Shown piece by piece: positions 1 to 11,261 of a stretch of 64,000 nt of DNA. Position 1 is the first letter of the stretch; the number at the start of each line of letters is the position of its first letter. Origin of the DNA: Methanoregulaceae archaeon. Its GTDB lineage: Archaea > Halobacteriota > Methanomicrobia > Methanomicrobiales > Methanospirillaceae. The stretch spans positions 4,739 to 68,738 of the forward strand of contig DATKYO010000114.1 of the NCBI GenBank assembly GCA_035528475.1, read 5' to 3'. Made by a program: the position numbers and the translations under genes. Under the pieces are notes generated by a model. The model saw only the letters and a program-made list of their open reading frames with translations. It had not been told where the DNA came from and did no database searches.

Positions 1-81
1 TTTACGAAGATTCTATGAATATGCAGGCGGTTGTTACTCAATACCCAACTAATAAAGCAGCCCGCAGCTAATATTCCAGTA

Positions 82-570
82 ATGGCTGCGGGAAAACTCA
101 AGATTGTGGTTTTTGGCTCTTATAATGCCGGGAAGTCAACCTTCATCCAGGCGGTTGATCCAAAAGCCCGTCACGTAGAGTCGCCTACAGAGAATGGAAC
201 AACCACTGTCGGCCTGGATTTCGGGCGAATCGAAATGAGGAACATGCAGATTTTTCTTTTTGGCACACCGGGGCAGGAAAAATTTGAATTTGTCAGGCAA
301 ATTATATCCCACGGTATGGATGCTGCTATCATAGTAGTCGATTGTACAAGTGAAATCGATAGTTTTACCCGGCAACTATCCGAGTCGCTGGAACAGGAGA
401 ACATACCCCTGGCTGTCATGCTCAATAAATGCGACATGGTGGAGGCCTGCCCAGCCATGGTTCGAAGAGAGCTCGGACAAAAGAGAATATATGATATTTC
501 ATCACATGAAGGACACAGCGCCCGGCAGGCACTGGATCAGTTCGTTGGAAATCTTATAAAAGACCTCTAG
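82..570 (+). CDS. MglA-like small GTPase (Ras superfamily)
   Basis: P-loop GSYNAGKST. Switch II reads FGTPGQ, with Thr in place of the usual Asp as in the MglA family. NKCD specificity motif is present. ATG at 82 is preferred over TTG at 31. Confidence 0.75.
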   Translation: MAAGKLKIVVFGSYNAGKSTFIQAVDPKARHVESPTENGTTTVGLDFGRIEMRNMQIFLFGTPGQEKFEFVRQIISHGMDAAIIVVDCTSEIDSFTRQLSESLEQENIPLAVMLNKCDMVEACPAMVRRELGQKRIYDISSHEGHSARQALDQFVGNLIKDL

Positions 571-589
571 CCAATCCGTTCTGTGCCGG

Positions 590-1108
590 TCAGGAATGGA
601 TAACAGAGGATTTAATCTCGTTTCCAAGTTTCCTGGCCCACTCCCTGATATCTTTCCACTCGCGGAAATCACCAGGTTCCACCCCGGTCATTGTGAGAAT
701 AGCCCTGTCTGCCAATGACATGGGATCGGGGTTGACATTTCCGGCGAAAAATCCTGTAAAAGCAGGGGAAACGTACATCCGGATGGTATCGAGTGCTTCT
801 TCTGCACTCTGAAGATTTCCCTGTAATCTGTCTTTTAAGGTATACCCGATCGAAAATGCGGCAACAAACCGGTTGTTGAGCGGATCTCTGAATCGATGGA
901 CAAAATCCCTGGCCTCAATTAACCATTTTCCCATATATATCGGGCTTCCAATTACCACGGCGTCATAAGGGACAGGATCTTCAACATCGGAAATCCGGAT
1001 GGTATCAACCAGAAATCCCATATTCAAAAGTTCCTCGCCGATTACATCTGCAATCTCGGCTGTCGATCCGTATCGGGTGGCATAGCAAACCAGGATTTTC
1101 GGGGGCAT
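590..1108 (-). CDS. flavodoxin-domain protein
   Basis: N-terminus KILVCYATRYGSTAEIADVIGEEL is a typical flavodoxin-like FMN-binding start, and the size is about 170 aa. The internal ATG at 1108 is assumed as start; the ORF extends to 1132. Confidence 0.7.
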   Translation of the reverse strand: MPPKILVCYATRYGSTAEIADVIGEELLNMGFLVDTIRISDVEDPVPYDAVVIGSPIYMGKWLIEARDFVHRFRDPLNNRFVAAFSIGYTLKDRLQGNLQSAEEALDTIRMYVSPAFTGFFAGNVNPDPMSLADRAILTMTGVEPGDFREWKDIREWARKLGNEIKSSVIHS

Positions 1109-1261
1109 AATGCTCAGGATATGTGGGGTCAAAGAAGATAATACTCTTATCCCAAGTAGGATGAGATTGGGGATCTTCTATATTAATATCACATAAGTGC
1201 CTATTTTCATAAATAAAAAGACCTGCCGGCAAATGGGCCGGCATTCAAGGAAAGGAGAGAT

Positions 1262-1744
1262 ATGAAACAAAAAGAAGTTTTCCGCGGTGTCCCGGGAATG
1301 CTGCGGCCATTCAAGGAGTATCTGGAATCGATGCAGCTGAAATCAGGGGATCAGATCGTGTACTACGGCTGCCCTGGAACATGTACTCCATTCGTTGAAC
1401 TACTGGGTTTTGCCACCCGCAGTCTGGGACTCCAGCAGGTCTTTGTTCCGTTTGTGGACGAATCAAAGGCCAGAACCATAACTCTTGTCGCTGATGTTGG
1501 AATGCAGGCATCGGCAAGTGCAGGCATAGAACAACCGAAAGTCCTGGTCATAATGGGAGGCCTGTCCATGCCGAATGTGCCGATTTCAGCAGCACAGGTA
1601 AAAGCGGTCATAAATAAACATCCTGATGCCACCCGTATAGGTGTCTGCTTCATGAACATGTTTGAAAAGACCGGATGGCTCAAGGAGCTTGACTTCGATC
1701 TGTTGATCGACGCCGTTATCGATCCAGTTGAAGTCTGGAAATAA
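1262..1744 (+). CDS. conserved hypothetical protein (methanogen-type, possibly DUF2124-like)
   Basis: Clean 160-aa ORF with a GGAGAG Shine-Dalgarno just upstream of the ATG. The family assignment is from memory only. Confidence 0.5.
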   Translation: MKQKEVFRGVPGMLRPFKEYLESMQLKSGDQIVYYGCPGTCTPFVELLGFATRSLGLQQVFVPFVDESKARTITLVADVGMQASASAGIEQPKVLVIMGGLSMPNVPISAAQVKAVINKHPDATRIGVCFMNMFEKTGWLKELDFDLLIDAVIDPVEVWK

Positions 1745-2037
1745 GGGAGAATTTCAAAAGGATAACTAAAAAGAACTCCAGTGGTTCATTTCACATCTTC
1801 CTAATACGGATGCCGATTCTGGAAGATCTGACTCTTTTATACCATTTTATGGCACATACGAAAAAAATGTTAGAAAGGACTAGTTTTTCGGATTTTTAAT
1901 CTCTGAAAGGAATATGTTGCATTATAGCCGGGTTTGGATAATCATTTATTTCCCGGGAATTACCATAAGTTAATTTTTTTTTAATTATTGAACAATAAAA
2001 TTTAAGAGCCTATACTAGAGAAACGCTTTCTCCGTCC

Positions 2038-2052
2038 GAAAAAGCGAAAAAA
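2038..2052 (-). terminator. oligo-T terminator after frhB
   Basis: On the minus strand, TTTTTTCGCTTTTTC follows the frhB stop codon directly. Archaeal terminators are T-runs. Confidence 0.4.
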
Positions 2053-2937
2053 TTAGGGTTTGATATAGGGGTTCCTGAGTGCCTTGTTTACACCGAATGT
2101 GGCCCTTTCCTCGACAGTCTTCTGGTTCTTACCAATCTTTTCAGTGGCGAGTTTGCTTACCAGATCCAGTCCGGGTTTCACCTGGTCTATTGGTTTGGTC
2201 TCAAAGACCCCTGCGGTGAGCGCCTTGGCCCAGATGCTGTCCCCCTTCTTGGTCCTGACGAAGACAGTGCTCCATCCGTCAGGGCTGCCGACTGAGCCTG
2301 TTGAAACATCAGCAAGGTTGGCAACATAATCAAGACAGACGTGGCATGCGGGTTGTTCGTACTTGTGGGTTACCTTCAGCGGGACCTGCACAGTGGCTCC
2401 ACGCTCGGTGTATACCCAAAACTTGCCCTTCCCAATGTCCATCTTCTTAACTGATTCCATCTTCACTCCTGCATGGTCCTCCACCAGCTGCTTGATGCTC
2501 TGGTACGGGAAGTTTTCCATGCAGAATATTCCGATGGCAAGCGCAATCTTGTCGTCAACATCTCTCCATCCGAAAGGATAGAGTTGCCCTTTCCTCACTG
2601 CCTGCATCTGGCAGGGAGTACCCACGATACCGATTTTATCCAGACCGTAACTGCGGGTGGCCTCCTTGATCCAGGATACATTGGGGCTGATATTATACCG
2701 GGTTCCCCTTGCGCTCATCAGTTCTTCTACAGTGGTGGCGATGAAAGGCCGTGGCCTGTATGGCTCATCGCCCTGCCCCGCTACGATGGCACCATCAATG
2801 ATGCCTTCCTCCAGGGCATATGCAAAGAGCTGGGTGACGATACCGCCATCCTGGGATTTTTTCAGGATCTCCTTGTTAGTGCTCCGTGCCGAAACACATG
2901 TTTTGTATTTACCGAGTTCAGTTCCCATTTCCATCAC
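2053..2937 (-). CDS. frhB: coenzyme F420-reducing hydrogenase subunit beta
   Basis: FrhB-like sequence ([21 protein letters not shown] motifs). It is the last gene of an frhADGB-ordered operon. Confidence 0.9.
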   Translation of the reverse strand: MMEMGTELGKYKTCVSARSTNKEILKKSQDGGIVTQLFAYALEEGIIDGAIVAGQGDEPYRPRPFIATTVEELMSARGTRYNISPNVSWIKEATRSYGLDKIGIVGTPCQMQAVRKGQLYPFGWRDVDDKIALAIGIFCMENFPYQSIKQLVEDHAGVKMESVKKMDIGKGKFWVYTERGATVQVPLKVTHKYEQPACHVCLDYVANLADVSTGSVGSPDGWSTVFVRTKKGDSIWAKALTAGVFETKPIDQVKPGLDLVSKLATEKIGKNQKTVEERATFGVNKALRNPYIKP

Positions 2938-2938
2938 C

Positions 2939-3820
2939 TCACTGGAGCGCTCCGTTTATGACCTCGGTTATGGCCTCGAATTCGGTGATGACATCAAAGT
3001 TGAAGAAACTTCTCGGGCACTGCGCATAGCAGGCACCGCATTTGATGCACATCTCACGGTTCACGTTAGGCTTGCCGTACTCATGGGTAATAGCCCTCAC
3101 CGGGCATGCCGCTGCACAACTGCCACAGCCCATGCACAGTCCCTGATTGACTACATCATACATCAGGTCACAGCCGCATGCGTTCGTGCTGCGGTCTGCA
3201 AGCTGCATGAGAGGTGTAAGGTATTTCGTCGCCAGTTCCTGCTGTTCCTTGTTGCCTTTCAGGAGCAGGTAGGCCATTACGCACACGTTCCTGATAAGCT
3301 GGGGACACGGGGCACAGCCAGGAATATACACATCTACTTTGATGATGTCTCCAACCGGAAGGAATGACTCGTGCTGGGGCTGGTTTGGCTGGCCTCCACG
3401 GCTGAACCGGGTGATATTGCCATAGCAGGCGCATCCGCCTACGGCCACCACGACTGCGGCCTTCTCACGGGTTTCTTTGATCTCTTCAACTGAAAGCTTA
3501 TCCTGAATACAGACTGACCCCTCGACAAGCGCAACATCCATTTTCGGGATGTGACGTACATCGGCAAGGGTCAGACCATATACAAGATCAGCATACTTGT
3601 CAAGGATTGTTAGCAATCCTCCATAGTTGTCTGCTAAGGACACAAGACAGCCAGTACACCCACTCATGTGTACATGACCGACTGTAATCTTGTCTGCCAC
3701 AGGCTTTTCCTCCTTTTTAGTAATTTCCGCCTTTTTCTCCACGTCAGCTTTCTCCGCAGGCTTTGCCTCCGGCTTCTTGCTGACGCTCTTCTTTCCGAAG
3801 ATTCTCGATAGCAGTCCCAT
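2939..3820 (-). CDS. frhG: coenzyme F420-reducing hydrogenase subunit gamma (small subunit, FeS)
   Basis: N-terminal CTGC cluster motif and C-terminal ferredoxin-type CxxCxxCxxxCP motifs. The maximal ORF from ATG 3820 overlaps frhD by 77 nt. An alternative GTG start at 3700, preceded by GGAGG, removes the overlap. Confidence 0.85.
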   Translation of the reverse strand: MGLLSRIFGKKSVSKKPEAKPAEKADVEKKAEITKKEEKPVADKITVGHVHMSGCTGCLVSLADNYGGLLTILDKYADLVYGLTLADVRHIPKMDVALVEGSVCIQDKLSVEEIKETREKAAVVVAVGGCACYGNITRFSRGGQPNQPQHESFLPVGDIIKVDVYIPGCAPCPQLIRNVCVMAYLLLKGNKEQQELATKYLTPLMQLADRSTNACGCDLMYDVVNQGLCMGCGSCAAACPVRAITHEYGKPNVNREMCIKCGACYAQCPRSFFNFDVITEFEAITEVINGALQ

Positions 3821-4292
3821 AATCCACCCCTATCATGTCCAGTACCATACGTACTGTTCTAGGTATTGCGTTTTGAATCTCATCAGTGAGCCCTATATCA
3901 AATTCAGGGGCAGTAACGCGTTTTGGTTGGCATCCAATCACCGTAACCTCAATGTCATCTTTCAGTCGATGAAGCGGTTCGGTCAAATCCCATGAATGTG
4001 CGTCCCGGTAACTCCCGGGAGGCAAATCCTCTACTCTGAATATCGCCAGTTCTCCTGGTTTGCCACCAAAGTCGGCAATGTCTATGATAATCAGGCGTCT
4101 GGTGGTTTTCGGGTCAAGCAACGTAAAAATGAAATGCGGGCCTCCGAGGCCTGCATCCACCGCTTTAGTTGTGCTGGGAAGATTAAGCTTCTGCAGCTCC
4201 TCCACAACAGCCGGGCCAAAACCATCATCTGCGAAGAGGGGATTTCCACACCCTGCGATCACGATTTCCGGATACAGCATCGTTACACTCAC
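3744..4292 (-). CDS. frhD: F420-reducing hydrogenase maturation protease
   Basis: The GCGNPLFADDGFG motif is typical of HycI/FrhD-type hydrogenase endopeptidases. The gene sits between frhA and frhG. Confidence 0.85.
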   Translation of the reverse strand: MSVTMLYPEIVIAGCGNPLFADDGFGPAVVEELQKLNLPSTTKAVDAGLGGPHFIFTLLDPKTTRRLIIIDIADFGGKPGELAIFRVEDLPPGSYRDAHSWDLTEPLHRLKDDIEVTVIGCQPKRVTAPEFDIGLTDEIQNAIPRTVRMVLDMIGVDYGTAIENLRKEERQQEAGGKACGES

Positions 4293-5656
4293 TGAATGAG
4301 TTTCTGGGCAACTATCCTCTTGTCCTCATCGACCACGATCATATGGGTTGCACAGGAAACGCATGGGTCGTATCCTCTTACTACCATTTCCGCGACCTGC
4401 CAGGGAGCTCCTTCAAGTGCTCTGCTGCAGGTTGGGAAGTTCCAGGTAGTGGGCACGAGCATCTCGTACCAGAGTACCCTGCCATCCTTGACCTTGGTCA
4501 GGTGGACATCACATCCACGCGGGGCCTCGTTGGCGGCCCATCCTAATGAACCGTCACCCTGCGGGATGTAATCGGCAAGGACTTTTCCGGAGGGGTCGTA
4601 CTCGTCAAGTGCGTTGATCATGGCATACAGGCAGTCTGTATATTCCAGTTGCCTGGCAATGTGCTGGCCCCAGGTACCTTTCTCATCAAAGTTTTTGAAC
4701 TGGACAAGACGGGCTCTTGGACCGACTTCGACAGGGGCTCCGTCATACAGCGGCACACCAGTACAGGCCTCCATCTGCGGGTTGGCCTTGGTGCCAACCG
4801 GGGAGGTACCTCCAATCGGGTAGCTTGGGTCTGCAAGGCTTACTTCCACTTCCCCCATATACGAGTCCCATGGCCGGACATCAGTCCAGCGGGCAGGGTC
4901 CCAACCGGGGTTTTCATCCAGGTTGCTGCTGGAATAGACCGGATGGGAGGCCATGTATCCCTGGTTGTGATATCCAAGTGTATCTGGCAGCGGGATCTGC
5001 TTTCCGCCTACATCCACCCAGTCACGCTTTTTCATGTTGCCGATAACGGCCAGCATGAACTCCATCTGTTCGTGGGCAAGGGTCAGGCCTTCTTTGGCCA
5101 GATCATACATCTTGTTGACTGCGCGCGGTTGGCAGGCTTTGTACATTCCACCGACCCTTGGGTTGCTGGGATGAATAGCTTCGCCACCAGCGATCTCACC
5201 AATGGTCTGACCGATCTCACGGATCCTCTGGATACGCTTGGCTACACTCCTGACCGGCTCCTCTGGGGTGAACGGGTTGATCTTGGTATCAGTGCCCGGT
5301 ATATAAAAATCAGGGAGAATCAGGATATTATGCAATGCAATACTGTGCAATCTGTTGGCACATTGGAGAATGATACGAAGGAGTTTGGCATCCTTGGGGA
5401 TTTCACAGCGGATGGAGCCCTCCATGGACTCAATTCCGGCAAGTGTGTGGGCAATGGGACAGATACCACAAACGCGTGATGCGATCTTTGGAACCTGATC
5501 CATTGTCTTGTTGATGGCGAGCTTCTCGACACCCCTTACTGGAGTGATAGAAAGCCAGTCACCCCGTTCAATGATGCCCGTATCGTCAACCTTCAACACG
5601 AGCTTAGAGTGTCCTTCATGCCTCGTGGTTGGGGAAATCTCTACAACTTTTGACAA
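4289..5656 (-). CDS. frhA: coenzyme F420-reducing hydrogenase subunit alpha ([NiFe] large subunit)
   Basis: N-terminal RVCGICPIAH and C-terminal DPCVSCATH [NiFe] ligand motifs. There is a 4-nt overlap with frhD. Confidence 0.92.
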   Translation of the reverse strand: MSKVVEISPTTRHEGHSKLVLKVDDTGIIERGDWLSITPVRGVEKLAINKTMDQVPKIASRVCGICPIAHTLAGIESMEGSIRCEIPKDAKLLRIILQCANRLHSIALHNILILPDFYIPGTDTKINPFTPEEPVRSVAKRIQRIREIGQTIGEIAGGEAIHPSNPRVGGMYKACQPRAVNKMYDLAKEGLTLAHEQMEFMLAVIGNMKKRDWVDVGGKQIPLPDTLGYHNQGYMASHPVYSSSNLDENPGWDPARWTDVRPWDSYMGEVEVSLADPSYPIGGTSPVGTKANPQMEACTGVPLYDGAPVEVGPRARLVQFKNFDEKGTWGQHIARQLEYTDCLYAMINALDEYDPSGKVLADYIPQGDGSLGWAANEAPRGCDVHLTKVKDGRVLWYEMLVPTTWNFPTCSRALEGAPWQVAEMVVRGYDPCVSCATHMIVVDEDKRIVAQKLIQ

Positions 5657-5999
5657 TATTATCGCCTCATTTTATTGAGTTGTTCTTATCGCGATACCGG
5701 TGTAAATCCACACAAATCTCTTCTTTTAAGATGATTGACCGTACTAAGTACGTTCAAGATAGTCTAACAATCTCCTATTATATATCTGCTTTGCAATTAT
5801 TCCGGGAAAAATCGGCAGATAATACGATGGAGAGGAAAAAAGGCTGATTACGTTAACGATTAGGAAAAATCCTCATTTTCATTCGATCGGAACATGTATA
5901 TGTGAGGTGCGTAAGAGTCTGATCTCATTTTTCAGGAGATGTATTCAACAACATAAAATCCGTGGTACCCCGGATGCCAGAATTCATCCAAAAAAAAGT

Positions 6000-6914
6000 T
6001 TATTGATTCTCACCATTCAGTTCCACATAGAGCTCGGCCATTGTGGCCTTCCTCTCGGCATAGGCATCATGCTGGTGGATGCTCTCTTCATTGGTTTGTT
6101 TTATGGTAATAAAAGAATCACCAGGGAGATCCTGGAATTCTGCAAGGACTTTCTTGGCAACTTCCCTCACGCAGTCCTCAACAAACCGGGGATTCTTGTG
6201 GGCATTAAGGACTACATAAGACTCATCGCCTCTCTTCAGGAGTTCAAAGATCGAGGAGCTCATAGACTCCTTGAGTATCCTGATGATTTTTTCCAGTTTG
6301 ACGTGCTGGTCGTCATCAATCTCAATGCATAAGAACCCCTTGCCCCGCTGGTTATGGGTGGCCATGGGTACTTCAGCAAGGAACGCCCCGATTTTATCAT
6401 CCTCTATTTCCAGGTTTTTCAGAACATATACTGCCCGTTCCTTCATGATGTCCTGTGCACAGGGACAGGCAGTCATCCCTGTTACTTCAGCACCAATGCT
6501 TTTCCTGACAATAGGGTCCCGGAATGTCCGCCGGGCTACCGCCCGTGCATGGACCTTCACCACTTCATGACAACTGGTGTGGGAAACAGGAGTCTCCCGC
6601 TTTACCATATACTGGCTATTCATCAGCACCTCTGTCCGGTCCGCATATTCATGCCGGTCGAGGAGTTTTCTTGCCACTACGCTGCAGAGGTTTTCTATCT
6701 CATTTACCTCGCCGTCAATGGCCTGTTGAAGAACTTCGTCGATTACCTCAAAGTTTCTGGACAGGTTGGCCCCTTTCAGGCTCCCTGGAAGATCGACAAA
6801 CACGTCAAAAGTGGAGATAAAAATAACAGGCCTTTTATCAGAGCGCGATACCTCTACCAGTTTCTTGACATTCTTAACCCCCACCCTTGTGAGGTTGATG
6901 CGCACATCAGGCAT
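6000..6914 (-). CDS. mptA: GTP cyclohydrolase MptA (FolE2/type IV family, methanopterin biosynthesis)
   Basis: The start, with LTRVGVKN near the N-terminus, and the overall length of ~300 aa resemble the archaeal MptA/FolE2 family. Confidence 0.8.
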   Translation of the reverse strand: MPDVRINLTRVGVKNVKKLVEVSRSDKRPVIFISTFDVFVDLPGSLKGANLSRNFEVIDEVLQQAIDGEVNEIENLCSVVARKLLDRHEYADRTEVLMNSQYMVKRETPVSHTSCHEVVKVHARAVARRTFRDPIVRKSIGAEVTGMTACPCAQDIMKERAVYVLKNLEIEDDKIGAFLAEVPMATHNQRGKGFLCIEIDDDQHVKLEKIIRILKESMSSSIFELLKRGDESYVVLNAHKNPRFVEDCVREVAKKVLAEFQDLPGDSFITIKQTNEESIHQHDAYAERKATMAELYVELNGENQ

Positions 6915-7071
6915 CGTCGATTGAATATCCGGCAGTTCCTGTCCGCTTCTTGGACTTATTATATCGTGAATAACTCATCTCTCCCAAAATGGCGGTTGTT
7001 TTTAGGTGTCTGGTTTTAATCTTTTTATATAATATTTAATAGCTCTGTTGTCGATATGTGATAGACGGATT

Positions 7072-8061
7072 ATGATAAAAAAATACTATGAATCTGATGC
7101 GGATCTGAGTGTTTTTCAGGGGAAGAAAATCGCAGTTATCGGTTATGGATCGCAGGGAAGAGGGCAGGCACTGAACCTGCGCGACAGTGGACTTGATGTG
7201 ATTATCGGACTCAGGCCAGGAAAAAGCTGGTCTTCGGCCAGCGCTGACGGATTTAAGGTCTATCCCGTTTCAGAAGCTGCCAAGATGGCAGATATTGTCC
7301 AGATTCTCCTCCCTGATGAGAATCAGGCGGCGGTCTACCGGAATGAGATCGTGCCGTATCTCTCGGAGAATATGTGCCTGATGTTTTCCCATGGGTTCAA
7401 TATCCATTTTGGCCAGATTGTCCCACCCCCTCATATTGATGTAATCATGGTGGCCCCAAAGGGTCCCGGTCATATGGTCAGGAGGACGTATGAAGAAGGG
7501 AAAGGGGTTCCGGCTCTGATTGCGGTGCAACAGAACTACACGGGAAATGCTCACAAACTAGCATTAGGCTATGCCAAGGGTATTGGTGCCACCCGGGCCG
7601 TTGTCCTGGAGACGACATTTCGTGAAGAGACAGAGACCGACCTGTTCGGGGAACAGGCAGTGCTGTGTGGGGGAGTCACCTCACTCGTAAAAGCGGGCTT
7701 CGAGACCCTGGTGGATGCAGGATATGCTCCGGAAATGGCTTATCTGGAAGTGCTCCACGAGCTGAAACTGATCGTTGACCTGATATATGAAGGCGGCTTT
7801 ACCAAGATGCGTGATTCAATCAGCAATACCGCCCAGTACGGAGACCTTACAAGGGGGCCCCGTGTGATTGGTTCCGAAGCATATATTGCCATGCAGGAAA
7901 TCCTCCGGGAGATCCAGAGCGGAGAATTTGCCAGGGAGTGGATGCTTGAAAATATCGTCAACCGCCCGGTTTTCAATGCGCTCACCCGCGCTGATGAAGA
8001 CCACCTTATAGAAGAAGTGGGGCGGGAAGTCAGGGACCTGATGCCGCAGTTTAAAAAATAA
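7072..8061 (+). CDS. ilvC: ketol-acid reductoisomerase
   Basis: [22 protein letters not shown]-binding motif, with class I IlvC length and sequence. ATG at 7072 is preferred over TTG at 7048. Confidence 0.92.
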   Translation: MIKKYYESDADLSVFQGKKIAVIGYGSQGRGQALNLRDSGLDVIIGLRPGKSWSSASADGFKVYPVSEAAKMADIVQILLPDENQAAVYRNEIVPYLSENMCLMFSHGFNIHFGQIVPPPHIDVIMVAPKGPGHMVRRTYEEGKGVPALIAVQQNYTGNAHKLALGYAKGIGATRAVVLETTFREETETDLFGEQAVLCGGVTSLVKAGFETLVDAGYAPEMAYLEVLHELKLIVDLIYEGGFTKMRDSISNTAQYGDLTRGPRVIGSEAYIAMQEILREIQSGEFAREWMLENIVNRPVFNALTRADEDHLIEEVGREVRDLMPQFKK

Positions 8062-8088
8062 AAAATATTAATGTCTTTTTTCCCGCTC

Positions 8089-10164
8089 TCACAAAGCACG
8101 CATTGTCCTGGAAAACGATGAGAGGGCATTGTGTTTATCATCAGGGGTTATATTGAGCGTTTTGCTGCCATATCTGATATCGAACTCTTCGCCAATGCAG
8201 CTCCCGATAATCCTGTAGTTCAGACCCTGGAGGTCACCTTCATCTCCGAAAGCCAACAGAAACCGTCCATAAGTCTCGGAAAAGAGTTGTTCCAGAACGG
8301 GCCCTTCGAGAGTAATCCCGGCACCGGTTTCAAGGGAGGCCAGAGCTGCAAGCAGACCCCCCTGGGAGAGATCGGTTACAGTAAGATCAGGGAATTGTCT
8401 TACTCTCTCCGAAATGAGTGATACTATCTCATGATCTGCGAGGGGGGGTGATTCGCCTCCACATGAAGAAACCACATCAAGTATGGATCCTCCAAAATGG
8501 TTACCCGTCTTTCCCACAAGAGCCAGCCCAAATCCATCCTTTGGACCGACACCTTTCCGGAGTATTCCTTTCCCGATCATACCAATGGAAGGCGTGGGTT
8601 TGATCTGGGTGCCCATTTCATCACTCTCGTTGTAGAGAGAGACATTTCCTCCTACAACGGGTGTCTTAAGTTTTCTGGCCATATCCCCCATCCCGTATAT
8701 TGCCTGCTCCAGTTGCCAGTATATATCAGGGTGAACGGGACTTGCAAAATTGAGGCAGTTCACGATGCATAACGGATCAGCGCCCACACATGCCAGATTG
8801 CTTGCATTTTCAACCAATGCATTTGCTGTTCCTGAATAGGGCGAGAGATATATATGCCGCGGGTTGCACCCGGAGGAAAGGGCCAGCGACTCGCCTTCAA
8901 GGCGGAGAACTGCTGCATCTTTTCCAAAGGTAAGTGTCCTGAGCTGGACATCGTGGTCATACTGTTCGGTCACCCAGGATTTCCATGCTACTTCAGGATG
9001 GGAAAGCACCTTCATGGCAAGTTCTTTCAAACTGTCATCAGGCTGTACAAATGGTTTCTCCTGCGAATATGGCTGTTTTTTCCAGGTACAGAGGGGAGCG
9101 TCCCCGCATAAAAAGTCGAGCGGAAGATCGCAGACGACACGATCATAAAATTTCACAACATATCGCGGTTCTGCAATTACCTCTCCAATATCACTCCATT
9201 TAAGGTCATATTTCTCTGATATCTTCCCTATTGTCAGCACATCTTCCGGAGCAACCTCTACAAGCATTCTTTCCTGCGATTCCGCAAGCATGATCTCCAC
9301 CGGGTGCATATTGCCTTCACGCTGATGCACCCTGTCGGCATGGATAAGACCTCCGAACGTGCTACACATTTCGCTGGAGGCGCCTGCGAGTCCGGCCGCC
9401 CCAAGATCGCGGCATGATACAACTTTACCCGTTGCCGCCATCTCCAGAATGGCTTCAATGAGAAGTTTCTCTGTGAAAGGATCGCCGATCTGCACACTGG
9501 GCCTGTCCTGCGCCTCTGAGTCCTCAGAGAGATCCCGTGATGCGAATGATGCCCCGCCTAGCCCGTCTCTGCCGGTGGAAGCACCGATCAGCACCAGATG
9601 GTTTCCAGGTTTTTTGACCCTGGCGGTAATGAAGGAATCCGGGTGCACGATGCCCACACACACTACATTGACCAGAGGATTTCCATTGTATCCTTCGTCA
9701 AAGACAAGATCGCCCCCCACCACAGGTACCCCTATGCAATTGCCGTATCCCCCGATGCCGGCAACTACATGCTCAAAGAGATACCTGTTCTTTTCTCTCT
9801 CCAGTGGACCAAAGTAAAGCGGATCCATAAGAGCTATGGGTCGGGCGCCCATTGACAGGACATCCCTTACGATACCCCCCACTCCTGTTGCTGCGCCGTC
9901 ATGCGGGTCCACGTAACTTGGATGGTTATGGCTCTCCATGCTTATTGCAAGGGCCAGAGTGTCATTGTACCTCACAATTGCCGAATCGTCTCCTGGTCCC
10001 AGGATCACACCCGGGCCGGTAGTGGGCAATGTTTTCAAAAGATTCTTTGTGGAACGATAACTGCAGTGCTCACTCCATAAATTTTCAAAACATGCCACTT
10101 CCACATCTGTAGGCTCCCTGTGGAGTGTTGTTCTGATCAGATTCAGGTCTTCGGCGGAAAGCAT
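8089..10164 (-). CDS. purL: phosphoribosylformylglycinamidine synthase subunit II
   Basis: 691 aa. The [13 protein letters not shown] and ESHNHPS motifs are characteristic of PurL. Confidence 0.92.
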   Translation of the reverse strand: MLSAEDLNLIRTTLHREPTDVEVACFENLWSEHCSYRSTKNLLKTLPTTGPGVILGPGDDSAIVRYNDTLALAISMESHNHPSYVDPHDGAATGVGGIVRDVLSMGARPIALMDPLYFGPLEREKNRYLFEHVVAGIGGYGNCIGVPVVGGDLVFDEGYNGNPLVNVVCVGIVHPDSFITARVKKPGNHLVLIGASTGRDGLGGASFASRDLSEDSEAQDRPSVQIGDPFTEKLLIEAILEMAATGKVVSCRDLGAAGLAGASSEMCSTFGGLIHADRVHQREGNMHPVEIMLAESQERMLVEVAPEDVLTIGKISEKYDLKWSDIGEVIAEPRYVVKFYDRVVCDLPLDFLCGDAPLCTWKKQPYSQEKPFVQPDDSLKELAMKVLSHPEVAWKSWVTEQYDHDVQLRTLTFGKDAAVLRLEGESLALSSGCNPRHIYLSPYSGTANALVENASNLACVGADPLCIVNCLNFASPVHPDIYWQLEQAIYGMGDMARKLKTPVVGGNVSLYNESDEMGTQIKPTPSIGMIGKGILRKGVGPKDGFGLALVGKTGNHFGGSILDVVSSCGGESPPLADHEIVSLISERVRQFPDLTVTDLSQGGLLAALASLETGAGITLEGPVLEQLFSETYGRFLLAFGDEGDLQGLNYRIIGSCIGEEFDIRYGSKTLNITPDDKHNALSSFSRTMRAL

Positions 10165-10257
10165 GGGAAAATGTCTTTTTCCTGACCTAAAAAAGCATCT
10201 GGGAAGTTATGTGGGGTACCACCTTTTTACCACCCTGCACGTATATATATAGATCAT

Positions 10258-10869
10258 ATGGTGGACTCTTACGAAGCACTTCTAAAGAAGGCCTACGAGC
10301 AGGTCACCGAACCTACCGAATCGACAGAGCGGTTCACGGTTCCTGAAGCCAGGACCTATATCGAAGGCAAGACCACAGTATTTGAAAACTTTGCTGAAAT
10401 CGTCGATACGCTGCGAAGAGACAAGGATCACCTGATGAAGTTCCTTCTCGGCGAATTGGGGACTGCCGGCAAAATTGACGGAAGTAGAGCCATCTTCAAT
10501 GGAAAATTCGAGAATTCTCTCATTAACAACCTTGTCAAGAATTATGTGGATGACTATGTCATCTGTTCCGAATGCGGAAAATCCGACACCCGGCTGGTAA
10601 AAGATGACCGTATTCTGCTCCTGCGATGTGATGCCTGTGGAGGCCACAGGCCGGTACGCAAGAGAAAAGCCAGAACAGAGCCCGTATCAAAAGAACTCGC
10701 CGAGGGATCGATAATGGATGTCGACATCCAGTCCGTGAGCAGGCGGGGAGATGGTGTTGCACGCATTGGACGATATATCATGTATGTCAAGGGCGGCAAA
10801 CCGGGGCAGAAAGTAAAAGTCAGGATAACCCGGATTTCGGGATCGATTGCATTTACCGAAAGAGTCTGA
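10258..10869 (+). CDS. eif2b: translation initiation factor aIF-2 beta subunit with C-terminal TRAM-like domain
   Basis: The aIF2-beta core carries the zinc ribbon CSECG...CDACG. It is followed by a ~60-aa extension ([39 protein letters not shown]) with a TRAM/OB pattern. Confidence 0.85.
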   Translation: MVDSYEALLKKAYEQVTEPTESTERFTVPEARTYIEGKTTVFENFAEIVDTLRRDKDHLMKFLLGELGTAGKIDGSRAIFNGKFENSLINNLVKNYVDDYVICSECGKSDTRLVKDDRILLLRCDACGGHRPVRKRKARTEPVSKELAEGSIMDVDIQSVSRRGDGVARIGRYIMYVKGGKPGQKVKVRITRISGSIAFTERV

Positions 10870-10908
10870 AAATTAAGAAAAGAACAATAACTATATTCTT
10901 TTTTCCTC

Positions 10909-11184
10909 TCAGGAACGATTTTCTTCCAGATCCTCCAGAAGCTTCTCGCAGTACCCTGCCAGTCGCTGGCATGCCTCGGTAATAACTTTCAGGGGGTCTT
11001 TTTTCCCATTGGTGGTGACCAGAAGTTCCGGATCAGAAAACTGGAACTCAACGAGATATTTCGCCACATCTACATCAGGGTCTTTGAGAATCTCCTCAGT
11101 GAGAAGGTTCATGAAAGTGTGCCCCTCGCCCTGGATCACCAGTCTGACTTTGTCCTCCTCAAACTCGAGTACCTTAATATTCAT
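10909..11184 (-). CDS. rpoL: DNA-directed RNA polymerase subunit L (Rpo11)
   Basis: MNIKVLEFEEDKVRLVIQGEGHTFMNLL matches the RpoL/Rpb11 N-terminal pattern. The internal ATG at 11184 is chosen; the ORF runs to 11265. Confidence 0.8.
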   Translation of the reverse strand: MNIKVLEFEEDKVRLVIQGEGHTFMNLLTEEILKDPDVDVAKYLVEFQFSDPELLVTTNGKKDPLKVITEACQRLAGYCEKLLEDLEENRS

Positions 11185-11261
11185 CCACCTACGAATGGTG
11201 GGTGAAAAATTATATAGATATGTATGCCTGCCATTGACCGTCTTCATAAAATGCCTGCCAG

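Noticed and set aside
5629-5999. Possible small gene (72-aa ORF 5629-5847) in the frhA upstream region.
   Set aside because: It overlaps the frhA start and is A/T-rich with no ribosome-binding site or motifs. The region is better explained as the frh promoter and leader.
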